Assembly (NCBI GenBank): GCA_051362555.1
Contig: CM120644.1
Coordinates: 25,600,213-25,664,212, forward strand
DNA from: Lingula anatina
Lineage: Eukaryota > Animalia > Brachiopoda
Length of the DNA stretch: 64,000 bases
Direction of reading: 5' to 3'
Under the pieces are notes generated by a model, which saw only the letters and a list, made by a program, of their open reading frames with translations, did not search any database and was not told the DNA's origin. Made by a program: the position numbers and the translations under genes. Shown here in pieces: positions 14,501 through 25,602 of the stretch (positions are counted from its first letter, which is position 1; each line of letters begins with the position of its first letter).

Positions 14501-17500
14501 GTTCTAGGTGGGATGTTAAAGAGATGGGTAGATAATCAGCTAGTCCTGATATCTCTGATATGTTGTGTTCTAGGTGGGATGTTAAAGAGATAGGTAGATA
14601 ATCAGCTAGTCCTGATATCTCTGATATGCTGTGTTCTAGGTGGGATGTTAAAGAGATAGGTAGATAATCAGCTAGTCCTGATATTTCTGATATGTTGTGT
14701 TCTAGGTAGGATGTTAAAGAGATAGGTAGGTAATCAGCTAGTCTTGATATCTCTGATATGTTGTGTTCTAGGTGGGATGTTAAAGAGATGGGTAGATAAT
14801 CAGCTAGTCCTGATATTTCTGATATGTTGTGTTCTAGGTAGGATGTTGAAGAGATAGGTAGGTAATCAGCTAGTCTTGATATCTCTGATATGTTGTGTTC
14901 TAGGTGGGATGTTAAAGAGATAGGTAGATAATCAACTAGTCTTGATATTTCTGATATGTTGTGTTCTAGGTAGGATGTTAAAGAGATAGGTAGGTAATCA
15001 GCTAGTCTTGATATCTCTGATATGTTGTGTTCTAGGTGGGATGTTAAAGAGATAGGTAGATAATCAGCTAGTCCTGATATCTCTGATATGTTGTGTTCTA
15101 GGTGGGATGTTAAAGAGATAGGTAGATAATCAGCTAGTCCTGATATTTCTGATATGCTGTGTTCTAGGTGGGGTGTTAGAGAGATAGGTAGATAATCAAC
15201 TAGTCTTGATATTTCTGATATGTTGTGTTCTAGGTAGGATGTTAAAGAGATAGGTAGGTAATCAGCTAGTCTTGATATCTCTGATATGTTGTGTTCTAGG
15301 TGGGATGTTAAAGAGATAGGTAGATAATCAGCTAGTCCTGATATCTCTGATATGCTGTGTTCTAGGTGGGGACTGGGTTCAGTTTTACTGATGATGACAA
15401 GGGCTATGCCACCAATGAAGAGGATGTAGCTGATAACTTGTACAGGTAAGTTTTCCCATTTGTTTTATGTTCTAATTTAAACTTGCCTGCTCAGTTTTAG
15501 ATGTGATCTAACATTTTATGAGACACAAGGTGTAGTCTCCTACTGAACATATTGGTAAATTTCTTTCAGTGCACTTATCCAGTTTTTCACAGTTTTCCCA
15601 GAATTCCAGAAAAATGACTTTTATGCAACGGGAGAGGTGAGTTTTTGAATCAGAAACTCGCAGTGAGTCCTGAAGTCATGCTTGATTTTTGTAAAGTCAG
15701 CACCATTCTACCATTTTTTGTAGAGTGGTATCTAGGGTTTAGAAAGTCTTGTATGATGTCAACAATGAAATAAGAAATTAGGGTATAGGAAGTGTAGGGG
15801 ATTTCTTCCATTTTCCAGCTTTGGCTTGTCCCATCCCAGCTTTCATGGAAATGGTGTTTTTTCTGTTGAAATGTTTGTTGAGAGAGGTGTTTTCAGTGGG
15901 TCTGTTCTTTCAGTCGTATGCAGGGAAATATGTCCCAGCTATCACCTACAAGATCCACATGATGAATCCCACAGCAAAGACCAAGATCTACCTCAGAGGG
16001 ATGGCCATTGGAGACGGACTCTGTGAGCCAGAAACTGTATGTATAAATTTGAAGTTTCCATTTCATAAATTTACATATATGTTTATGTATGTTAATTTTT
16101 AAGCAATATTATATTCTTCTCAGGCAAATTGCATTGTTGTTCCAGATGCTGCCATCTCTAGGAAGTTTCATGTTCAATACTGGCCAGGCAGATGAAAGCC
16201 AGCGCAAATACATAGATGGAGCCACTGCCCAAGCCGTTCAGTATATTAAACAGCAACAGTGGATCAAGGCCTTTAATGTATTGGCATATTATGCAATTTT
16301 TAATTTTCTAATGGTTTATAAATAGCTAGAACTTTTGTATATACTTATATGTATGAATGCATATTATTAGCAATTTTAGTGTTAAGCAAGATGTTTATAT
16401 TTATTAAAACCTGATTTGGGTTAACTTTAATTATTACAGTCGTTACTACATGTGTCCTTACTATTCCAATATTCTTCCAGGTGTTTGATATCCTTCTAAA
16501 TGGAGACACAATTCCATATCCATCTTACTTCACCAATATCACAGGGTCCACATTTTACTACAACTACATGCTGATGAGGGTATGTTACACAATTCCATAT
16601 CCATCTTACTTCACCAATATCACAGGGTCCACATTTTACTACAACTACATGCTGATGAGGGTATGTTACACAATTCCATATCCATCTTACTTCACCAATA
16701 TCACAGGGTCCACATTTTACTACAACTACATGCTGATGAGGGTATGTTACACAATTCCATATCCATCTTACTTCACCAATATCACAGGGTCCACATTTTA
16801 CTACAACTACATGCTGATGAGGGTATGTTACACAATTCCATATCCATCTTACTTCACCAATATCACAGGGTCCACATTTTACTACAACTACATGCTGATG
16901 AGGGTATGTTACACAATTCCATATCCATCTTACTTCACCAATATCACAGGGTCCACATTTTACTACAACTACATGCTGATGAGGGTTTGAAACTAAGTTT
17001 ATATTTTAAAAAATATACACTCAATCTGTGTTTGACAACAGTTATTTCATATTTGCCTTCCTATTTATTTAAATATTGATTGATATATTAAACAATCTAC
17101 TCTTCATGCATGGGGAATGCTATGTTTAAGATGAGTTAGAAGAAAGTTCCTTCCTTGTTAATGAAATATTATGAACTTCTGTGTGTCCTAGGAGAGCTTT
17201 AGAGTCTTAGGGGGTGTTCCCATAAACCCAATGTACTAGCTGGATTGCCCTTACTCTGCTGGGATTCTCACTTAATTGCATTCCGTGTAAGCAGCTTAAG
17301 TGTCTGCATGCCCACTCCGGCTGCTAGACAATTTAGCTGCTTAAACTGAAAGCACTTTACTGAGGTACCCTGCTGAGTAAGATCAATCCAGCTAGTACAT
17401 TGGGTTTATGGGAATTCATTTAACACAGTCTTATTGTCATTTTACTTTAGAAACTACAAGCATATTATGGGATGTGATTTAGGTATGCATTCTTTTTATC

Positions 17501-20500
17501 AAACATTTCTAAACTGCTGACCACATTCTAGGAGCCGGAATCGTTTGGTTATTACAACAAGTACCTGGCCAGATCAGATGTGAGGAAGGCCATCCACGTG
17601 GGAAACCTGACCTTCCATGATGGCAGCAAAGTGGAGCAGTTTCTGCTGCAGGATGTCATGAAGTCTGTGAAACCTTGGATGACAGAGATTTTCAACACAA
17701 GAAAGGTGGAAAACATGTTTTCTCTCAATACACAGTTGTGGAACGTCGATCTGTGCTCTTCCAGCTTTGTTGAATAAACAAGTTGAATACCAGACTTTTC
17801 ATTTATGTGTAATGATTAATATTTGTGCTTTATTGACATAAATATTATATTCTGAAATCATTCCATGGTTAAGTATTTAAGTATTTCGGCTTTGACAGAG
17901 AGTAGGATGTGTTGATGTAGTAGCCAGTTTCTGTTGCATGTAGATGATGTTCTGTCCTGTTCTTGTGACATTGTAGGTATTGATCTACAGTGGTCAGTTG
18001 GATGTGATAATTGCAGCAGTGATGACAGAGTCTTTCCTAAGTACTGTAGTTATGTTCTGTTCTTGTGACATTGTAGGTATTGATCTACAGTGGTCAGTTG
18101 GATGTGATAATTGCAGCAGTGATGACAGAGTCTTTCCTAAGTACTGTAGTTATGTCCTGTTCTTGTGACATTGTAGGTATTGATCTACAGTGGTCAGTTG
18201 GATGTGATAATTGCAGCAGTGATGACAGAGTCTTTCCTAAGTACTGTAGTTATGTCCTGTTCTTGTGATATTGTAGGTATTGATCTACAGTGGTCAGTTG
18301 GATGTGATAATTGCAGCAGTGATGACAGAGTCTTTCCTAAGTACTGTAGTTATGTTCTGTTCTTGTGATATTGTAGGTATTGATCTACAGTGGTCAGTTG
18401 GATGTGATAATTGCAGCAGTGATGACAGAGTCTTTCCTAAGTACTGTAGTTATGTCCTGTTCTTGTGATATTGTAGGTATTGATCTACAGTGGTCAGTAG
18501 GATGTGATAATTGCAGCAGTGATGACAGAGTCTTTCCTAAGTACTGTAGTTATGTTCTGTTCTTGTGACATTGTAGGTATTGATCTACAGTGGTCAGTTG
18601 GATGTGATAATTGCAGCAGTGATGACAGAGTCTTTCCTAAGTACTGTAGTTATGTCCTGTTCTTGTGACATTGTAGGTATTGATCTACAGTGGTCAGTTG
18701 GATGTGATAATTGCAGCAGTGATGACAGAGTCTTTCCTAAGTACTGTAGTTATGTCCTGTTCTTGTGATATTGAAGGTATTGATCTACAGTGGTCAGTTG
18801 GATGTGATAATTGCAGCAGTGATGACAGAGTCTTTCCTAAGTACTGTAGTTATGTCCTGTTCTTGTGACATTGTAGGTATTGATCTACAGTGGTCAGTTG
18901 GATGTGATAATTGCAGCAGTGATGACAGAGTCTTTCCTAAGTACTGTAGTTATGTTCTGTTCTTGTGACATTGTAGGTATTGATCTACAGTGGTCAGTTG
19001 GATGTGATAATTGCAGCAGTGATGACAGAGTCTTTCCTAAGTACTGTAGTTATGTCCTGTTCTTGTGACATTGTAGGTATTGATCTACAGTGGTCAGTTG
19101 GATGTGATAATTGCAGCAGTGATGACAGAGTCTTTCCTAAGTACTGTAGTTATGTCCTGTTCTTGTGATATTGTAGGTATTGATCTACAGTGGTCAGTTG
19201 GATGTGATAATTGCAGCAGTGATGACAGAGTCTTTCCTAAGTACTGTAGTTATGTTCTGTTCTTGTGATATTGTAGGTATTGATCTACAGTGGTCAGTTG
19301 GATGTGATAATTGCAGCAGTGATGACAGAGTCTTTCCTAAGTACTGTAGTTATGTCCTGTTCTTGTGATATTGTAGGTATTGATCTACAGTGGTCAGTAG
19401 GATGTGATAATTGCAGCAGTGATGACAGAGTCTTTCCTAAGTACTGTAGTTATGTTCTGTTCTTGTGACATTGTAGGTATTGATCTACAGTGGTCAGTTG
19501 GATGTGATAATTGCAGCAGTGATGACAGAGTCTTTCCTAAGTACTGTAGTTATGTCCTGTTCTTGTGACATTGTAGGTATTGATCTACAGTGGTCAGTTG
19601 GATGTGATAATTGCAGCAGTGATGACAGAGTCTTTCCTAAGTACTGTAGTTATGTCCTGTTCTTGTGACATTGTAGGTATTGATCTACAGTGGTCAGTTG
19701 GATGTGATAATTGCAGCAGTGATGACAGAGTCTTTCCTAAGTACTGTAGTTATGTCCTGTTCTTGTGATATTGTAGGTATTGATCTACAGTGGTCAGTAG
19801 GATGTGATAATTGCAGCAGTGATGACAGAGTCTTTCCTAAGTACTGTAGTTATGTTCTGTTCTTGTGACATTGTAGGTATTGATCTACAGTGGTCAGTTG
19901 GATGTGATAATTGCAGCAGTGATGACAGAGTCTTTCCTAAGTACTGTAGTTATGTCCTGTTCTTGTGATATTGTAGGTATTGATCTACAGTGGTCAGTAG
20001 GATGTGATAATTGCAGCAGTGATGACAGAGTCTTTCCTAAGTACTGTAGTTATGTTCTGTTCTTGTGACATTGTAGGTATTGATCTACAGTGGTCAGTTG
20101 GATGTGATAATTGCAGCAGTGATGACAGAGTCTTTCCTAAGTACTGTAGTTATGTCCTGTTCTTGTGACATTGTAGGTATTGATCTACAGTGGTCAGTTG
20201 GATGTGATAATTGCAGCAGTGATGACAGAGTCTTTCCTAAGTACTGTAGTTATGTCCTGTTCTTGTGACATTGTAGGTATTGATCTACAGTGGTCAGTTG
20301 GATGTGATAATTGCAGCAGTGATGACAGAGTCTTTCCTAAGTACTGTAGTTATGTCCTGTTCTTGTGATATTGTAGGTATTGATCTACAGTGGTCAGTTG
20401 GATGTGATAATTGCAGCAGTGATGACAGAGTCTTTCCTAAGTACTGTAGTTATGTTCTGTTCTTGTGATATTGTAGGTATTGATCTACAGTGGTCAGTTG

Positions 20501-21456
20501 GATGTGATAATTGCAGCAGTGATGACAGAGTCTTTCCTAAGTACTGTACCTTGGCAGTATCAAGATGAGTATCTGCGTGCTGACCGCTGGATCTGGAAGG
20601 TGAACAAAGCAGACTCTGAGGTGGCTGGATATGTAAGAAGAGTACATGACTTTTATCAGGTAGGGAGTGGAGCCAAGAGATCTTTCTTTTCTCAAGCACC
20701 CTCCTTAATTTTACCTCAGTTGATTCAGAATACCTCTGTCTCAGTAATAAACCTAAAATTATCATTTTCACTGCATTGTGCTATAATAAGTTGACTTGTA
20801 AATAAGATATGTTGTATCTAAAACCTAACATGGTAGATAACCTTGTTCTCACATAGAAATTCAGCATACAAGGTGGTGGTCATATTCTACCCTATGATCA
20901 GCTTTATAATGGACATGTTGTCATATAGAATATAAAGATATAATTTGATATATTCTAGGTTATAGTACGAGGTGGTGGTCATATTCTACCCTATGATCAG
21001 CTATATAATGGAAATGTTGTCATATAGAATATAAAGATATAATTTGATATATTCTAGGTTATAGTACGAGGTGGTGGTCATATTCTACCCTATGATCAGC
21101 TATATAATGGAAATGTTGTCATATAGAATATAAAGATATAATTTGATATATTCTAGGTTATAGTACGAGGTGGTGGTCATATTCTACCCTATGATCAGCT
21201 ATATAATGGACATGTTGTCATATAGAATATAAAGATATAATTTGATATATTCTAGGTTATAGTACGAGGTGGTGGTCATATTCTACCCTATGATCAGCTA
21301 TATAATGGAAATGTTGTCATATAGAATATAAAGATATAATTTGATATATTCTAGGTTATAGTACGAGGTGGTGGTCATATTCTACCCTATGATCAGCCAG
21401 CTAGAAGTTTAGACATGATGGACAGGTTCATCAACAACAAACCATTCAACAAGTAA
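2400..21456 (+). CDS. CPVL: Serine carboxypeptidase, peptidase family S10, CPVL (vitellogenic carboxypeptidase-like); 12 coding exons, about 480 aa
   Basis: Exons 2400-2589, 3772-3890, 5221-5335, 6276-6334, 15366-15445, 15570-15636, 15914-16036, 16146-16277, 16481-16579, 17532-17705, 20477-20659 and 21355-21456 are all GT-AG and phase-compatible, totalling 1443 nt. Motifs: signal peptide, [45 protein letters not shown]|VGTGFS, catalytic GE|SYAG, GQLDVII (Asp) and GGGHILP (His). Confidence 0.95.
2546..3682 (+). repeat. 60/61-bp tandem array (about 19 copies) reiterating the exon-1 3' end plus splice donor
   Basis: Unit is CTCTCTTCCTGACATCTCTCATAGAGAAAGGACAGATAGCACAAG|GTAGGTATAGGACAAA; the first copy lies inside the exon. 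Confidence 0.95.
3772..3890 (+). CDS. CPVL: CPVL-like exon 2
   Basis: ctttag|CACGT...GCTCAG|gtgtgt; encodes [40 protein letters not shown]. Confidence 0.92.
3908..4890. repeat. Degenerate 17-bp AC-rich minisatellite in intron 2
   Basis: ACACACTGTCACACCTA / ACACACTGTCACATCCA is reiterated. Confidence 0.9.
5221..5335 (+). CDS. CPVL: CPVL-like exon 3
   Basis: ttccag|AATGAT...AAAT|gtgagt; encodes [38 protein letters not shown]. Confidence 0.95.
6276..6334 (+). CDS. CPVL: CPVL-like exon 4
   Basis: ttgtag|TGAAT...AACCCA|gtaagt; encodes [20 protein letters not shown]. Confidence 0.93.
6378..15370 (+). repeat. 69-bp tandem array (roughly 115-120 copies) filling intron 4 and reiterating the exon-5 splice acceptor
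   Basis: Unit is GATATGTTGTGTTCTAG|GTGGGATGTTAAAGAGATAGGTAGATAATCAACTAGTCTTGATATTTCT; the last TTCTAG|GTGGG (15365/15366) is the real acceptor. Confidence 0.95.
10215..10423. mobile_element. MITE-like foldback element with about 59-bp perfect inverted termini; identical copies at 11130-11338, 12705-12913 and 13620-13828
   Basis: TTCAAATTACTGTTTTTCTTTTTATCAAGAGCTTGTAAAATATGTGGGTATTACCTCCAAT and its exact reverse complement flank a spacer of about 90 bp. Confidence 0.8.
15366..15445 (+). CDS. CPVL: CPVL-like exon 5
   Basis: Encodes [26 protein letters not shown]; donor ACAG|gtaagt. Confidence 0.95.
15570..15636 (+). CDS. CPVL: CPVL-like exon 6
   Basis: tttcag|TGCA...GGAGAG|gtgagt; encodes [23 protein letters not shown]. 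Confidence 0.95.
15914..16036 (+). CDS. CPVL: CPVL-like exon 7 (catalytic Ser)
   Basis: Encodes [15 protein letters not shown]...[13 protein letters not shown]; donor gtatgt. Confidence 0.95.
16146..16277 (+). CDS. CPVL: CPVL-like exon 8
   Basis: ttccag|ATGCTG...TTTAAT|gtattg; encodes [17 protein letters not shown]...QQWIKAFN. Confidence 0.9.
16481..16579 (+). CDS. CPVL: CPVL-like exon 9
   Basis: ttccag|GTGTTT; encodes [33 protein letters not shown]; donor gtatgt (first of six possible donors). Confidence 0.88.
16508..16986 (+). repeat. 81-bp tandem array (6 copies) of the exon-9 3' end plus donor
   Basis: 72 nt of exon plus GTATGTTAC is repeated in frame (27 aa); the last copy ends AGG|GTTTGA. 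Confidence 0.95.
17217..17414. mobile_element. MITE-like element in intron 9
   Basis: TTCCCATAAACCCAATGTACTAGCTGGATTG and CAATCCAGCTAGTACATTGGGTTTATGGGAA form inverted termini. Confidence 0.75.
17532..17705 (+). CDS. CPVL: CPVL-like exon 10
   Basis: ttctag|GAGCCG; encodes [28 protein letters not shown]...[18 protein letters not shown]; donor AAG|gtggaa. Confidence 0.92.
17953..20548 (+). repeat. 100-bp tandem array (26 copies) of the exon-11 acceptor plus the first 72 nt of exon 11
   Basis: TTCTTGTGA(C/T)ATTGTAG|GTATTGATCTACAGTGGTCAG recurs every 100 bp from 17976 to 20476; only the last copy continues into PWQYQDE. Confidence 0.97.
20477..20659 (+). CDS. CPVL: CPVL-like exon 11 (catalytic Asp)
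   Basis: Encodes [28 protein letters not shown]...[14 protein letters not shown]; donor gtaggg. Confidence 0.93.
20871..21397 (+). repeat. 99-bp tandem array (5 acceptors plus a partial copy) of the exon-12 acceptor and exon start
   Basis: TATTCTAG|GTTATAGTACGAGGTGGTGGTCAT occurs with the acceptor G at 20958, 21057, 21156, 21255 and 21354. Confidence 0.95.
21355..21456 (+). CDS. CPVL: CPVL-like exon 12 (catalytic His, stop)
   Basis: Encodes [33 protein letters not shown]; AATAAA occurs near 21543 and 21915. Confidence 0.93.
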   Translation, partial: VIVRGGGHILPYDQPARSLDMMDRFINNKPFNK

Positions 21457-22011
21457 GCAGTGGTATGCTAACTGCCAGGGCCCCAATAGCTGCTGAAGAG
21501 GAAAGACAAATGCTGCATGAACTTTAAAGACTTTAAATCATAAATAAATTTCTAAGGTTGGAAGTTAACTAAGGTGCATTCTGACCAGCATCAAGAGACA
21601 CTGTGAATTTTAGAACATGAAAATGTCATGAAATCCAAGCATCCAGTTACTAGTCACTGTAACTTTATACAACTACCTGAAAGCCTTCTTAACATGCTGT
21701 CATTTTACATAGTACACAAATTGTTAAATTTTAATGCCAGTAAGAGATTTTTCAAGTTTCATCCTGTCAGCTGTGTCAAGTTTGAATTCTCACTCATGAT
21801 TCTCATGTTAATTTATAATATGTTGGACTTATACCAGGTATATCACTTTTAAGTAATTAAAATTATTTTAAGAGACAGAAATCAATTTCATATATATAAT
21901 CAATTTATTTGGTAAATAAATTTTAATATACTATTATCAGAGTGATTAAAATACTTCAAGCTCTATAAAGTGTGTCTAGTTCACCCTATTTATATCTTTA
22001 AAATACTGCTC

Positions 22012-23515
22012 TTATTGTACCACCAGCGTAGGCGCTGGCGGTACACATGGTTTTAGTCCCGTCCGGATCATTCCACCAGCTCTGCCGGACGGCTACCGTT
22101 ACTGCTTCTCCTCCAAGACGGTGAGGGCCCCCGTACCCATCTCTTGGATTTAGGTCACCTATAATCTTAACTTGTTCCACGTAAAATTTGGGCTTTGTCG
22201 GTATTGGGGTCTAGGTGTGGCACTCATTGCAATGCACCCTTATCTAAAAATGGTAAAATTAAATGCTAATTATCTACCCTACGGAAGGAATTATGGGAAA
22301 AATTTCTACAGACGACTTTCCAAAAGTCATATGTGTAGATTTCAAATATGCCCTTGGATTTGACCTTTGACCTTTTTTTTCAAGGTCAAATAGGCCAAAA
22401 TGTTCTAAAAAACATTTTTTTACGAAAAAAAAAAAAAAAATTTGCCCTGTTATTCAGACACCACAAAGACTTAACCAATAATATTATTGGAAAGTGTTAC
22501 CCTTCAGGTCATCTTTCATCTCCGTGAATTTAGGGTCAATCAGTGCATTTTCACGGGAGAAGCGGCCATAAGATACCGAAACTGAAAACTGTCTCTAATT
22601 CGGGAACCGTTAATGCTAGAGACCCATTCTTTTTTGCATATTGTAGAGCAAGTAAAGCCCAACACTGATAGAGGTCTCCGTTTTTTTGTATTCCATATGG
22701 TTTTCGAGTTATGCTGTATCAAAAAGTACATATTGGTGGTGAAAGCAAAATGTACAGTACGGTAATGGATAATAAATTTTGAACTCTGGAAAAATAAAAC
22801 ATAAGGCTTGGCAAAGCAGACAACTTGTGGTCAAAAATGACATTATTTCATCAAATTTGAACTTCTGGAACTTCAGAGGACCTCCCATTTCAAGAATTTT
22901 GACCAAAATGATCTTTTCTTAATTTTAATTAATTTTTTCTGTAGGAAATTTATGGAACATTATGGTAACTCCAAAATTATAACATTTAGTCCCTTATATC
23001 TCCAAAACTGGCAGAGATAGGTACATAGTTACTATTGAAGTTGAATAGGAAGTAATATACTGGGAATCTTACTGTGACCTTGAAATTGACATTTGACCTA
23101 CTTTTCACCATGAACTGAACTTTGCAAATTTTGCTTCCCTTTTATCTCCAAAACTGGTAGAGATAAGTCCATAGTTACTATTGAACTTGAATGGGAAGTC
23201 ATAAACTGGCAATCTTACTGTGACCTTGAAATTGACCTTTGACCTACTTATTATCATGAACTGAACTCTGCTTATTTCTTTCTCTTTTAACTCCAAACCT
23301 GGCAGACATAGGTCCATAGTTATATTGAAGTTGGATAGGAAGTCATATACTGGCAATTTACTGTGACCTTGAAATTGACCTTTGACCTACCTTACGATGA
23401 ACTTAACTTTGATTGTACCATTTTTAGTTATATATATTTTTTGCATATTTTGAAAATTCTTGTTGATTGCATTTTTACAGCTTGTCAAGCACAAGACTGG
23501 TGGCTGTGTCCCTTA
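22012..23515. mobile_element. Non-autonomous interspersed repeat, possibly Helentron/HINE-like; a related partial copy lies at about 24213-24440
   Basis: Terminal hairpin GTACCACCAGCG..CGCTGGCGGTAC; internal tandem cores containing TGACCTTGAAATTGACCTTTGACCT at 23000-23410; 24213-24440 resembles 22012-22240. Confidence 0.5.
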
Positions 23516-25019
23516 TTTTGTGTATGTGGGGGGTCTATACGAATGCGCTTACTCCAGCTGGTGGTACAATATTCGGAGGCGGTATCGCCTCTCTGATCCT
23601 GTAATTATATATGGTGCAGTAGCTAACCAAATTTAATATATTTTTTTAAAAAGTCTACAAGCTTTATAGGTTGTTTAAGTACAGCCCATTTACATTATTA
23701 TACACGTACTAAAGAGGATGCCATTGTTTACCCAATTTATATCATTAAAACATTGCGTGTACATATTTAATAAGTCATGACTGCTATTTAATTAAAATTA
23801 GGACGCTGCTTAGATTCACATATCACTGGAATGCTGCCTTCAGTAAGGAGTAAACTTAAGGTAAAAGGGTTAGGGTGCCACCTGCATGTAGGGAGACACA
23901 TTAAACCCTCATGTACCGGTAGGTTGACACCTGGCACCATATAAAGGTTGACAGCTGGGTAACATCTGACAACCTAAAATAAGGTGACACCTGATATCTT
24001 GATGTAGGGTGGCACCTGAAATTTTGATAGAGTAACCCCTGGCAGATTAATATATGGTGATACCTGACACCTTCATCGATACAGGTAGGTGGCTGAAAGT
24101 AGGATGATACCTGTCTGCTACATATAGGATGACACTTGACACTTCTACAGGGTAACACCTTACATTTATATTCAGTGGCACCTGAAATTTTCATGTAGGT
24201 AACACCTCACATTATTGCACCACCAGTGTGGCACTGGCAGTACACACATATGGTTTTAGTCCTGTATCATCCACCAGCTCCACCGGGCTCCGCTGGCTCT
24301 GTCACCACGTCACCATTACTGCTTCTCCTAGACTATCAGAGCCTCGGTATAGGTCAAATATAATCTTAATTAACTCAATCCATGTAAATTTTTGTAATTT
24401 TTTGCCAGTGCAGTGGTCTAGGTGTGGCACTTAATTAACGCAATGCCCCACCAAGCGCCTTGAGTTGTCACCGGGACCTCAAAGTCTCGGGTAGTACTGT
24501 GCGGTAAAGCACGTTCCCAGATTTAATGTAAGGTGAGCTGAGATGGTCTTCCTGGCAAATGTTTCACACATAGTAATGTTAAGGTCCACCTTGTACCCCA
24601 TACCATATCTGACAAAACACGCGTCTCTATATACAATTACTTTAAACTGAGTGGGAACGCCTACAGTGTTCACTTCAAAAATATTTTAACTGCATTTGTT
24701 TGACATCCCTTCTACGTAACGTCCTTTCTCTCACGTTAATTCTATGCATCATATTATTAGATGAAAATAGTAAATGGAAGCAAACATGTCAATCCACCGG
24801 TATACTACCCTCTACCATTGTCGCAGTTATTATTGTGGACATTTTTTGCTGAATCGACTGAGTGCCCTAGTGATCGTCTATTTATCTACAGAGATATCTG
24901 TGAATATATCTTGTGAAAAAATCAATCAGTCGCCCTGGTAGAGGGTACCCGTATACAGTTGGGCTCAGAAAGAACTCTCCATATTGTTATCTGTTTGTTA
25001 CCTCTTGTTACCAAAAGTG

Positions 25020-25180
25020 GGGCCGTAGCAATAGTCCGAAGGTTCATTGGTCCGAATGTTAGCCATAGAATCTTCGGACCAATGAACCCTTGATTAACAA
25101 AAACCGATGAAAATGTTACCGTTTTTCGAGCCAATGAACCTTCGGACCAATGAACCTTAATTCGGCCATCGAGACACCCC
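25020..25180. repeat. Small inverted-repeat (MITE-like) element
   Basis: GGTTCATTGGTCCGAA faces several copies of TTCGGACCAATGAACC. Confidence 0.55.
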
Positions 25181-25293
25181 GCACAAAGAGTAACTATCTA
25201 GCTAACAGTGATAGTTATGGGGTATTAAAGCTGACACCTCTGTGGTCACAGTCTGTTTACACAGGGGATAACATCTTATGCTACAATGAGTAA

Positions 25294-25540
25294 TCAAGCT
25301 ATACTGACCCACAGTAACACAGTGTCAAGCTATACTGACCCACAGTAACACAGTGTCAAGCTATACTGACACACAGTAACACAGTGTCAAGCTATACTGA
25401 CCCACAGTAACACAGTGTCAAGCTATACTGACCCACAGTAACACAGTGTCAAGCTATACTGACACACAGTAACACAGTGTCAAGCTATACTGACCCACAG
25501 TAACACAGTGTCAAGCTATACTGACACACAGTAACACAGT
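25294..25540. repeat. 31-bp minisatellite, about 8 copies
   Basis: TCAAGCTATACTGAC(C/A)CACAGTAACACAGTG is repeated. Confidence 0.95.
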
Positions 25541-25602
25541 GAGCAAACATGCATTAATTGTGTGCAAGTAACACAATCCGTCAGTGAAAGAGGGGCGGCT
25601 AA

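Noticed and set aside
17980-20568. About 20 near-identical 62-aa ORFs suggesting a tandem peptide gene family or a CRISPR-like array
   Set aside because: They are copies of the CPVL exon-11 start; there are no ATG starts and no unique spacers, and the context is eukaryotic.
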